This document shows positions 55,670-64,000 of a stretch of 64,000 nt of DNA, in pieces. Numbering within the stretch: position 1 is the first letter of the stretch; each line of letters opens with the position of its first letter. Made by a program: the position numbers and the translations under genes. The notes under the pieces are model-generated. The model was given only the letters and a program-made list of their open reading frames with translations, was not told the origin of the DNA and searched no databases. The stretch is from the IMG/VR virus record IMGVR_UViG_3300021356_000007, positions 27,889-91,888 of that record; one strand, written 5' to 3'. The stretch is from a virus.

Positions 55670-57319
55670 TCATCCTCTCCTGTTCTTTAGGTAATAACTG
55701 TGCACAGAGCCTATCTTCAAGTGTGAGTTCAGTGCTTCTGCTGCATCAGATAACAAGAATAACTCTTCGTTATCTGCTACTTTGTGTACGCTTGCTGATT
55801 TGACTACTACAGTAGTAGAGCCGATTGAAGCGAGGTGAATGTGACCTAGTTTGTTACCATTAGCAGTGTACACTGCTTGGTTATCAGTACCAAACGCAGA
55901 TGAGGCAGATGTCCCATCTACGGTGAATGATGTAGTTCCGACAGCATATCCTCCGCTATTATTGATGAATACGCCTGTACTCTCTAGTCTGCGTGAGCCG
56001 TTGATTGAGTTTCTGCGTGTCAGACCGATTGTCATACCGACACCTCTGTTCATGTCTACTCTTTCAGCCAGTTGCCAACTAACCTTGACCTTGAAACCAA
56101 AAGAGGTAGTAAATTCTTCTACAGCAAACTGTCTGTTTCTTTCTTCGTTAGCATCTATACTACCCGCTACATCTATCTCTTGGAAGCGTTGCAGTACATC
56201 TTCTAATGTGACATCTACAGAGTTGACATGTAGTTCTGCTCGCTTCTCATTCAAATCTATACTACTGCCCAATACAATGTATCTGTCATTGTCAGTCCTT
56301 GTCTGATGCGATACCATGTCACCGGGGTGCATGTGACTAGCCGATATTACATCGACCAGTCTACGACTACCTGTGGCGTTCTTAGCCATCTTCAGCATAC
56401 GCTGACCTATTACTCTAGCACTGGCTTTTGTGACAGCAGTAGGGGCATGGATGCCTCCCGGTACTTCGTTTATACCATCTTGTTGTCTACCAAAGTCATT
56501 TACTTGGACTACATTCTGCTGATTGTTTGCTATCGGTTTTCCTCTAACTACGACACGGTTAGGTGTGTTCTCGCTGGCTTCTTCTAACGAGCCGCCTAGC
56601 ACTCTGTTCTCGCCAACAAAATACTCTCGCTCGATATGATTCTGAGGGAAGTAGCATACATTCCCAAAGCGGTCTGACTTAGGACTGTAGCCATCGTGCT
56701 TAGATAGATACCTGAGCGCACTGTATGCTTCTACTCCTAGGAAGTCTTGAGCCAAGAATGTCAGACTTGGTGTTCTTGCTCTGACTCCGTTGATGCTACT
56801 GGTGTTAGCCTTAGCAACACGATGAGCCAAATCAGAAGTTCGCAATCCCACTCCAACTTTCTGAGCAAAATGGATGGTTTTGTCAGTGAAGCCAATCGAC
56901 CTCAGATTACCACCTTTGAGATTCTCTAGTCTGAATCTAGTACCTTTGGTAGCGTCTTGTATCTGTGACGCTACGAGAGCCTGCCTGCTATCCTCTGCAC
57001 CTACGATAAGAGCAGGTAGAGTGCTTGAGGTAGTCACCTTGTCTCCGTCTAGGAACAGAGCCCCTTCGTATCTGACATTCTCTGTCGGATTGTGAAGCAA
57101 ACGGATAGTATCTTCTTCTTCAATCAACTTGTAACGCTTCTCTGTAGTAGGTACAAAGTCAGATTGAGTAGGAGAATTGACTACGAAACCAGCAGAGGTC
57201 TTCGTATATTCACCATGTCTGACTGCATTATCTACGAATCTCGGCTTACGGATTACTTTCATTACAGAATTTTGGTCGGCATCAAAGCGACCAGTTGAAA
57301 GGTTCTTGCCCAGTGCCAT
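55670..57319 (-). CDS. Putative baseplate hub / tail protein
   Basis: ALRYLSKHDG..DRFGNV, PNRVVVRG, ASARVIG, HPGDMV pattern typical of hub proteins. Confidence 0.55.
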   Translation of the reverse strand: MALGKNLSTGRFDADQNSVMKVIRKPRFVDNAVRHGEYTKTSAGFVVNSPTQSDFVPTTEKRYKLIEEEDTIRLLHNPTENVRYEGALFLDGDKVTTSSTLPALIVGAEDSRQALVASQIQDATKGTRFRLENLKGGNLRSIGFTDKTIHFAQKVGVGLRTSDLAHRVAKANTSSINGVRARTPSLTFLAQDFLGVEAYSALRYLSKHDGYSPKSDRFGNVCYFPQNHIEREYFVGENRVLGGSLEEASENTPNRVVVRGKPIANNQQNVVQVNDFGRQQDGINEVPGGIHAPTAVTKASARVIGQRMLKMAKNATGSRRLVDVISASHMHPGDMVSHQTRTDNDRYIVLGSSIDLNEKRAELHVNSVDVTLEDVLQRFQEIDVAGSIDANEERNRQFAVEEFTTSFGFKVKVSWQLAERVDMNRGVGMTIGLTRRNSINGSRRLESTGVFINNSGGYAVGTTSFTVDGTSASSAFGTDNQAVYTANGNKLGHIHLASIGSTTVVVKSASVHKVADNEELFLLSDAAEALNSHLKIGSVHSYYLKNRRG

Positions 57320-57324
57320 GTGCC

Positions 57325-60300
57325 TCACTCCCCACTGTGGTCTCCTGTGTTATAAGTTGCATCGCCTTTACTGCCCTTTGGATGTAATGTTTGACTGAAT
57401 CTAGGCTGTACGCTATAGTCGCCGTCTTCATCGTCTGTAGAACGCCTACTAGCATCAGAACGGAAGTGTTCTAGTGTGTTCTCAGACATGACTACTCTTG
57501 CTACTGGTGACCTGATGTCAGTCTTGTCGTAGCCAGTAACCTCTACACCCTGAATCTTTGGTCCGTCACTATCAGGTTCAATGATACTAACAGTAGGGTC
57601 TACTGTATACACTGGTGCGTAAGGCGGGCTACTCGGTGTACCAGTCCTTGCACTTGGTACATCGCTAGTGAACAGACCGTACTTTCCACCGGCAGTCGCT
57701 CTGTAGAAGTTAGAACCAGCCTGTGGACCAGTGGTATCTAGGAACGCCCTGAACATTTGACTGTGCTTGTAGTCCAGTCCGTATGCAGGTCTGTAGATGA
57801 ACTGTATCACACTATCTGTATAATTGATATTCTCAAGTGCAGGGTCGTGGTTAGCGTCTTGATATGGGTTAGATGAGGAAGAAGCACCAGCCTTACCCCA
57901 GCCTTTGACATCTAACACCCCTGCGTGTTTACTCCACTCCATGATGTATGTACCTCCGAGAGACCACATAGCGTGGGCGTTAGAATGCTTGACTACACCT
58001 GTGACTGGTTTATCAGACCAGTTGAGGGCAGTCATGTCCAAATCTTTCAGAGTTCTGCTACCTACATTGTAAGCACCACGGATGTTAGTTCTTTGACCTA
58101 CTTCCTTGTCTGTGTGTAGACTGTGAGCCTCTGTAGAGATAACGACATACTCACGAGAGACACCGTCATTCAATTCGGCTAATGTATCTACATCCAGCCC
58201 AATCCTGACATCGTTTCTTGATACAGGTTCAGCACCTCTGTTGTCTGCGTTGACTGTCTCTGTAGCCTCCCCTACATTCGCAGAAGGTTTGAGTAGACCG
58301 TCATCAGAGTTCAAATCAACCCTGTCGCTGATACCTCTTTCTACTTCTCCGTCTTGTAGGGCGAGGTTACTTGGTCTGACAAGTCCTTGTCCGAATATAG
58401 GTTCTGCTGTACTGTGACTCAATACAAGCCCGGTAGCGTCATGCTTTTCGCTGACAGCCATCAACATACTTTCGTTGAACACTGTAGGCCACCTGACACC
58501 TCTACCGTCTCCTCTGTCACCTACTCTGAGTGCGCTGGCTGGGTTGAACCAGTCAACCTTACTCATGTTACTTGCAGAGTTGTTGTCGCTGTTGGTGTTA
58601 CCACTATAGCGGTCATTACCATCTCCGCCAAACAAATCATGCGCTGCTGGTCTGTGTGTGACATTCGTATCTGCATAAGCGTCTTCTGCATCCCATGAAG
58701 GTCTCAATCCGAATCCTCTTACAGGGAATCGCCTGACATCTTCACCACGAGTGTTACCCCACCAGTCTACCATATAGTGACGATGAGCCCTTGCTAAATC
58801 TTCTACACCTTGACCGCTTTCGTCATTGGGGTACATTCTTGTAGTAGTGGAAGCATTCCTCAAGGTTCTCACTGGGCAGCCGAATGGCGCAGTCATTCTT
58901 CTACCATCGCTGTATCTTACCTGTCTGCCGATTTGGTCTTGACCTAACAAACTAGAAACTTGAGTCAATCTTTCTAAGATACCTACATATAGAGCATTAA
59001 CATCTTGGTCGGACTCAGCAGAATCGCTACCGACATAATCCCAGCCATTTGATTTAGAGTCCCATTGAACAAGCGGTCCGTGGTAGTAACCTAGCATAGC
59101 ATTACTGTTGGCTACTTCAAGCCAGCCTCTAACATACGGAGACCATCTTGGTCTGTTATACAATTGCCTGACAGCCATCCTGTAACCAAAACATCTGTTA
59201 CGGTCAGAAGGCAGAGTAAGTTCTGCTACTCCTGATGAGTCTTGGTAAGTATTACAGTCCATTCCGAAAGTGTCACTGCCCCATCCTATGAGTGAGTGAC
59301 CGTAAGATTCGAGCCTACTGACAGCACCTCCACCGTGGCTACCGCCTCCCCAAAAGCCTGAGAAGTTGTATTTGTTAGAGCCGATAGTACCTCCTTGGTG
59401 CGCTAAGTTCACTTCTGCATCTATTTCTGTAGCAGTGAAGTTAGCACCTGCACCTCCATGAGATGTAGTTGTGGTAATCGAGAACTCAATGACAGGGAAA
59501 GTATTGGTTCTGCTTCCCCCTTCACCAGTAACAGTTGCAGGTAATGGTGCACCAGTTACGGCACTAGCCTTGGTTACACCCCAAAGAGTGATGACATACA
59601 ATTTACTACCGTCATCATTCCAAGAGATACCTGCCAACCAAGGTGTTGTTCCAGTGTTACTACTCGGTCTCCAAGGTGATACTCCTTCTACATCAAAGAA
59701 AGAAGTCAAATCAAGAGTATAATCTAGTGATTGACTGGTCGGGTCAAATGGTGTGCTGAGAGTATACTCCCTGACATAACCTGTATGTTGACTCACCCAC
59801 ATCTTAGAACCATCGGAATTAAACAAAATGTCACTGACATTCGCATAAGATAAGTTCAGAACAGACCCTTCAGTGTCTCCACTTGCTGTCTCATAAGCAG
59901 TCGCAGCCGTAAACTGTCTGATTACGCTGGTACTTCCACTTGTCCCGTAGCCCATGTAATACTTAGTACCGTCATTGTTCCAAGAACATGCTCTTACCCC
60001 ATTACCACCTGAACTCTTTTGGCTTCCAGTCAAAGCAAATGTACTAGACAAATCGAATCCTGTGGCAAGAGATGCACTTCTTACACCGTGTCCGTGGAAA
60101 TTGGCAATCAGTAATTTAGTTCCGTCTGCGCTAATATCAAAGCCGTCACTGCTACTTAGTACTCCGCCGTCTATATCCAACTGCTGCGTGTGTTCACCAT
60201 CAGCATTGACGATTGGTAATTTAGATAATAGTATATCCGAGTCGTCAAATGAATTACTGTTACCTCTGTTGGAGATATACATATTAGAACCTACCACACG

Positions 60301-63300
60301 AATACCTGTCATCCAAGCAGAATCATTACCTATCAGCGGCAGAGTTTGACCTCCACCTGCAAGGAAGTTTCTACCTACTACATTCGCTATTGTAGACATA
60401 GAGTCGTTGACACCTTCTAATGAATAAGTCACTGGTCTAGTAAACGGAGGTTTTAGCCACTCCATACCTAATCCGAATGGACCTTTACTCGCTACATAGT
60501 TGAAGTCATGGTAGTGTACAGTTTCGAAATGCTCAGGTACATGGTTGTAAGGCTTCTTGTCAACAGGAGTGTCAGCCAATCCAGTGTTAGCGTAGAAAGA
60601 CCTACTACTGTCATCACTGTACCAAGTGTAAGGTCTACCTAAATTAGGATGCCACATACACAAATAAGCGTCTGTAGGTTGCAAGGAATTGCTGTCTCTG
60701 CTACCGTTAGATAGTTGCTCAAGATTTCTTGTCGCCACGCTTGTAGATATGTCAGTATATATTTCGCTTGCATCTCCGTTGTCGTACGGACTTGTGAGAT
60801 GAAGGATGGTGTTAGCACTGATGTTAGCCCAAAACTCTGCACTACCTGTGACCCCTTCGAAAGTATCACTTTCACCAAGAGTAGCATGAGCAAGCGTACC
60901 TGTACGATTAGTGTATGTAGCAGTGTATCTAATGCCGTTCTTATAGTAAACTAAGTTTTCACCGTAGTAAGGTTGCACAGGGAATAAGTCGTTGTTGTCT
61001 ACAGTAATCGTAGAAGAACCGTTGTTACTAATGACTACGCAGTTAGGGTTCTGACTTCTCAGGCGTTTGTGTGGCTCGTAGATGTCGAGATAACTGGTAG
61101 GATAACCAGCCAATGTCAACTGAGCCCCGACAACACCGTAATTGGCTCTACAGAACTGGTAGTAGTTGTCAGGCTTGTGCCACTCAAGGTGTTTGAATTT
61201 ATCCGCACTGCTCGATGTAGCACCGTCTTTGTGCAGAATACCCCACCAAGGAATATTCAGAGTTCTGCCCGGAGTTGAAGACACGAACATACCGGGTCTG
61301 TAAGGAAGGCTTCTCCTTGTAAAAGAAGGACTGGTACTCTCTTGTACACCTAGAGGATTGTAAAGAGCCAGTGGTGCTAAGTTAGTAAACTGACTTCCTG
61401 CATCAGGTTCGATGTCTAGTATTACTTCATTCAGTATTACTTCACACCCTCTGACATCAGCCATCATAGCCTCTGCTAAAATCAAAGCATAAGCCCCTCT
61501 TGTGGACATATTCTTCTCTATGGCTATGACTGTGTTTACTTGTTGCCCTGTGAGTTCTGTGACCTTTGAGCCTGCTTCACTTGGGGCTTTGACTGCGTCT
61601 GAGTGATTTCTGTGGAATCCCTTGAGTTGTTGTTTGAAGACATTCGGCTGAATGATAATTTGGTAAGCACCAACTTCAAGCGGGTCAGGGAAGTGATTGT
61701 TGAGTGTGTAGGTATTGGCTGCCTCAAGAACAAGAGTATGTCCACCCTCTGCGTTGATGTCACCTGCGTTTGAACCAGCACTCGCTGCAATACCATATCC
61801 TTCGTACTTGACTTTAGTTTCAGTTAGTAGTGTAAATCCACCACCGTGTATGTCGCTCGGACCAAATGCACTAGAAGGTGTGGAGAACCAAACGAGTGAG
61901 TCTCTGACAAATCCATCTGTAGTTACATTCTCAGTTCCTGAAGTTCTTGTTGCCTCTAATGCACCAACTAAATCGTTACTGTGAGGCTGATAGTTAGAAC
62001 TCTGACAAGCAGTGTTCAAGTCGTACATTCTCTGATAAGCAGGGTGAGCATAATGTCCCGGCATCAAAGCCATCGTAGCGTTAACATAGTGATGCCCCAT
62101 TCTTGGTATAGGCATAGGTGTCATCTTTGGTTTAGTTAGGTTTGTGTAAGCAGTAGACGGCTGTGCCATAGCACCTGTACTAGCAGGCAAATTGCTGTAA
62201 AGAGTATGCCAATCAATCTTCTTCATGTCAGGACTTGCACCGCTGTATTCTGCGTGGTCTCTCAGTCTCCTTGATGCGAACATTCTCGTAGAGCCCGCTG
62301 GCATGTAATAACTCGGTACGACTTTCAGTCCAGTCTTACCAGTTATGAATGACTTGAAGTCAGGTGATACTACAACGCCTGTGAATTTGTTTGTACCTTT
62401 ACCTGTGTAGGATGCGATTACACCTTTGTCAGTAGTCGGGTCATACACTCTGAGGAAGTATCTACCACCACTTTGTTCGCTTGTGTCTACCCAAGTAGCA
62501 TCTTCAGGAGTAGAGCCTACATCAATCTCATTGTTTGTTTCGTCATAGGCAGTAAATGATAACTCGTCTACATCGTATCTGTGGGTCATTGTGATACCCA
62601 TTCTCGTTACATGGAAGAACAGACTTCTGTCATGTGGCTCGTAAGCAGACTGCAAAGGTGCATCTCCTGTATGGTCTGTCCAGCCCTCGTTAGTAGAGTT
62701 AGGTGAGGCAAGCCTAGTGTGACTCTTTGTTTGAGATACATCAGATGAGTCTTGACTGAGATGCTCCCATCCGTTGTTCTCCCATGTAGGCCAAAGCCTT
62801 GGTCCAGCATATTCATTATCGAACATCTCACGGATGTGTGTGATACTCTGCGCTGGGTGTTGCAAACCACCGCTACCCATTGTTTCATTTTGGTAGCCTT
62901 GTATTCGGTCAAATCCTGACCTGACAACTATGTTGCCCGGTATTTCATCAGGGTTAGGTAATCTAATCTTCATGTTAGGATTGACACCCGTACCTGCCAG
63001 TGCAGGCGCAAGTCCTTCAATGTCCCTGTCACTAACATGTCTGAAGTCCATGATTACAGTTCCAAGCGGGCTTCCTCCGTGTATAGTGTGCTCTTGTCCT
63101 GTGTCATCTACGACTGACATGTTTTGGAACTGCAAGTGTTCGTTAGGTAAAGCAAGTGCGTTACCTACGGTAAATCTGTGTTGTTCTGCTAACTGAGGAT
63201 GTGCAAGTTCCTGTGCTTGTATAACAGGAAACATAGCAGAGTTGGTAGTTTCGAATGAGAATCTGACATTTCCAAGTATCTTTTCTCCAACTCTTTTGTA

Positions 63301-63999
63301 CGCAGAGCCATCTTTACGCTTTACCCACGGAATCATACCGAGTCCACGAGCGTTGACGGCAGGCATCGTAGTGCTACCGCCATCCATACGCTTCCAAACA
63401 ATGTGCTCAGGTAAGAAGTTTCGAGCAGAACTTCTGCCCTCATAATAGTCATACAGACCGTTATGAGGCATATCAGTGCTACCTGCACCGATGTTCAGAT
63501 AGTCTGTATGGTCGCTTACACCTATACATTCTACTGCGTAAGTCGCAGAGTCTTGATGAAGCCCTGATGCCTTGACAACGCTCTCATCCCAAAACAAATC
63601 ACCAGTAGGGTATTTACAAGCATTCGCTCTAACCATATCGCCACTTTGTATTGTTCTGTGGAGTTGAGCATCCGTAGGTGCGCTACCTGTGTTAGGGTAA
63701 TCATCAGTAACAGAAGGTAAACTGAATCCACTATGAACCTGAGCCTCTACATGCGGTCCGGCAGTAGCAGAACCAATGTATCTACTCTTGTTGTGTACTT
63801 TACCTGTGTCCCAAGCGACTGTACCAGCGTGCTCGATGTTACCTGTTTGTCCTACATGTAGCCAATCACCGAGCCCTGTGACTCCATCTTTGTCGGCTTT
63901 CGCAATCAAAGGTAATTCACTTTCGTGTGTGATTGCTACAAGGTGTCTTGAGAAAAGACCAGTGACGCAGTATTCGTCAAAGTATGATGCAGTCGGCTG
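57325..63999 (-). CDS. Very large (>2200 aa) putative tail/structural protein, 5' end outside window; contains a beta-propeller-like insert
   Basis: Frame stays open from 63909 to the window edge; S/T/G/D-rich; xxDGxKxY repeats at about 59.5-60.4 kb. Confidence 0.7.
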   Translation of the reverse strand, partial: QPTASYFDEYCVTGLFSRHLVAITHESELPLIAKADKDGVTGLGDWLHVGQTGNIEHAGTVAWDTGKVHNKSRYIGSATAGPHVEAQVHSGFSLPSVTDDYPNTGSAPTDAQLHRTIQSGDMVRANACKYPTGDLFWDESVVKASGLHQDSATYAVECIGVSDHTDYLNIGAGSTDMPHNGLYDYYEGRSSARNFLPEHIVWKRMDGGSTTMPAVNARGLGMIPWVKRKDGSAYKRVGEKILGNVRFSFETTNSAMFPVIQAQELAHPQLAEQHRFTVGNALALPNEHLQFQNMSVVDDTGQEHTIHGGSPLGTVIMDFRHVSDRDIEGLAPALAGTGVNPNMKIRLPNPDEIPGNIVVRSGFDRIQGYQNETMGSGGLQHPAQSITHIREMFDNEYAGPRLWPTWENNGWEHLSQDSSDVSQTKSHTRLASPNSTNEGWTDHTGDAPLQSAYEPHDRSLFFHVTRMGITMTHRYDVDELSFTAYDETNNEIDVGSTPEDATWVDTSEQSGGRYFLRVYDPTTDKGVIASYTGKGTNKFTGVVVSPDFKSFITGKTGLKVVPSYYMPAGSTRMFASRRLRDHAEYSGASPDMKKIDWHTLYSNLPASTGAMAQPSTAYTNLTKPKMTPMPIPRMGHHYVNATMALMPGHYAHPAYQRMYDLNTACQSSNYQPHSNDLVGALEATRTSGTENVTTDGFVRDSLVWFSTPSSAFGPSDIHGGGFTLLTETKVKYEGYGIAASAGSNAGDINAEGGHTLVLEAANTYTLNNHFPDPLEVGAYQIIIQPNVFKQQLKGFHRNHSDAVKAPSEAGSKVTELTGQQVNTVIAIEKNMSTRGAYALILAEAMMADVRGCEVILNEVILDIEPDAGSQFTNLAPLALYNPLGVQESTSPSFTRRSLPYRPGMFVSSTPGRTLNIPWWGILHKDGATSSSADKFKHLEWHKPDNYYQFCRANYGVVGAQLTLAGYPTSYLDIYEPHKRLRSQNPNCVVISNNGSSTITVDNNDLFPVQPYYGENLVYYKNGIRYTATYTNRTGTLAHATLGESDTFEGVTGSAEFWANISANTILHLTSPYDNGDASEIYTDISTSVATRNLEQLSNGSRDSNSLQPTDAYLCMWHPNLGRPYTWYSDDSSRSFYANTGLADTPVDKKPYNHVPEHFETVHYHDFNYVASKGPFGLGMEWLKPPFTRPVTYSLEGVNDSMSTIANVVGRNFLAGGGQTLPLIGNDSAWMTGIRVVGSNMYISNRGNSNSFDDSDILLSKLPIVNADGEHTQQLDIDGGVLSSSDGFDISADGTKLLIANFHGHGVRSASLATGFDLSSTFALTGSQKSSGGNGVRACSWNNDGTKYYMGYGTSGSTSVIRQFTAATAYETASGDTEGSVLNLSYANVSDILFNSDGSKMWVSQHTGYVREYTLSTPFDPTSQSLDYTLDLTSFFDVEGVSPWRPSSNTGTTPWLAGISWNDDGSKLYVITLWGVTKASAVTGAPLPATVTGEGGSRTNTFPVIEFSITTTTSHGGAGANFTATEIDAEVNLAHQGGTIGSNKYNFSGFWGGGSHGGGAVSRLESYGHSLIGWGSDTFGMDCNTYQDSSGVAELTLPSDRNRCFGYRMAVRQLYNRPRWSPYVRGWLEVANSNAMLGYYHGPLVQWDSKSNGWDYVGSDSAESDQDVNALYVGILERLTQVSSLLGQDQIGRQVRYSDGRRMTAPFGCPVRTLRNASTTTRMYPNDESGQGVEDLARAHRHYMVDWWGNTRGEDVRRFPVRGFGLRPSWDAEDAYADTNVTHRPAAHDLFGGDGNDRYSGNTNSDNNSASNMSKVDWFNPASALRVGDRGDGRGVRWPTVFNESMLMAVSEKHDATGLVLSHSTAEPIFGQGLVRPSNLALQDGEVERGISDRVDLNSDDGLLKPSANVGEATETVNADNRGAEPVSRNDVRIGLDVDTLAELNDGVSREYVVISTEAHSLHTDKEVGQRTNIRGAYNVGSRTLKDLDMTALNWSDKPVTGVVKHSNAHAMWSLGGTYIMEWSKHAGVLDVKGWGKAGASSSSNPYQDANHDPALENINYTDSVIQFIYRPAYGLDYKHSQMFRAFLDTTGPQAGSNFYRATAGGKYGLFTSDVPSARTGTPSSPPYAPVYTVDPTVSIIEPDSDGPKIQGVEVTGYDKTDIRSPVARVVMSENTLEHFRSDASRRSTDDEDGDYSVQPRFSQTLHPKGSKGDATYNTGDHSGE

Positions 64000-64000
64000 C

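Noticed and set aside
54149-63731. Plus-strand and alternative-frame ORFs overlapping the tail genes
   Set aside because: Shadow ORFs within long, coherent minus-strand CDSs.
1-64000. Provirus, integrase, IS elements, inteins or cellular chromosome origin
   Set aside because: No integrase, transposase, att site, intein or block of host housekeeping genes recognised; the architecture is viral throughout.

Overview
The window is a 64-kb piece of a head-tail (Caudoviricetes-type) archaeal virus genome. The gene set points to a marine Poseidoniales (Marine Group II) virus ('magrovirus'-like): archaeal-type PolB, PCNA-like clamp, RFC, OB-fold SSB, PriS-PriL fusion primase, MCM-like helicase, ERCC4 nuclease, Cas4-like nuclease, ligase-like protein, group II chaperonin, and GGAGGTGA ribosome-binding sites. 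This assignment is inferred from gene content, not from a search. Layout: (i) 1-11.35 kb, minus-strand late-type genes, including a six-gene membrane/small-GTPase operon, a set of unrelated proteins sharing an 'AW-x-x-L-K' leader peptide, and an HMG-CoA lyase; (ii) 11.36-13.4 kb, a mostly non-coding strand-switch region with iteron-like repeats, duplicated promoters and a candidate ~300-400 nt structured RNA; (iii) 13.4-37.6 kb, plus-strand early genes, mostly small and acidic (ArdA-like, DUF932-like, SNF2 helicase with one in-frame TGA, DenV-like glycosylase, Dam-like MTase), driven by a conserved 25-bp promoter and partly organised as cassettes with repeated junctions; (iv) 37.6-53.9 kb, the replication/chaperonin module; (v) 53.9-64 kb, minus-strand tail/structural genes, the last truncated by the window edge. 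The best candidates for undescribed biology are the shared-leader cargo family (possible virion-packaging/processing signal), the viral small-GTPase membrane operon, the structured ncRNA and the repeat-joined micro-ORF cassette arrays. All product calls come from motifs read by eye; no searches were run.
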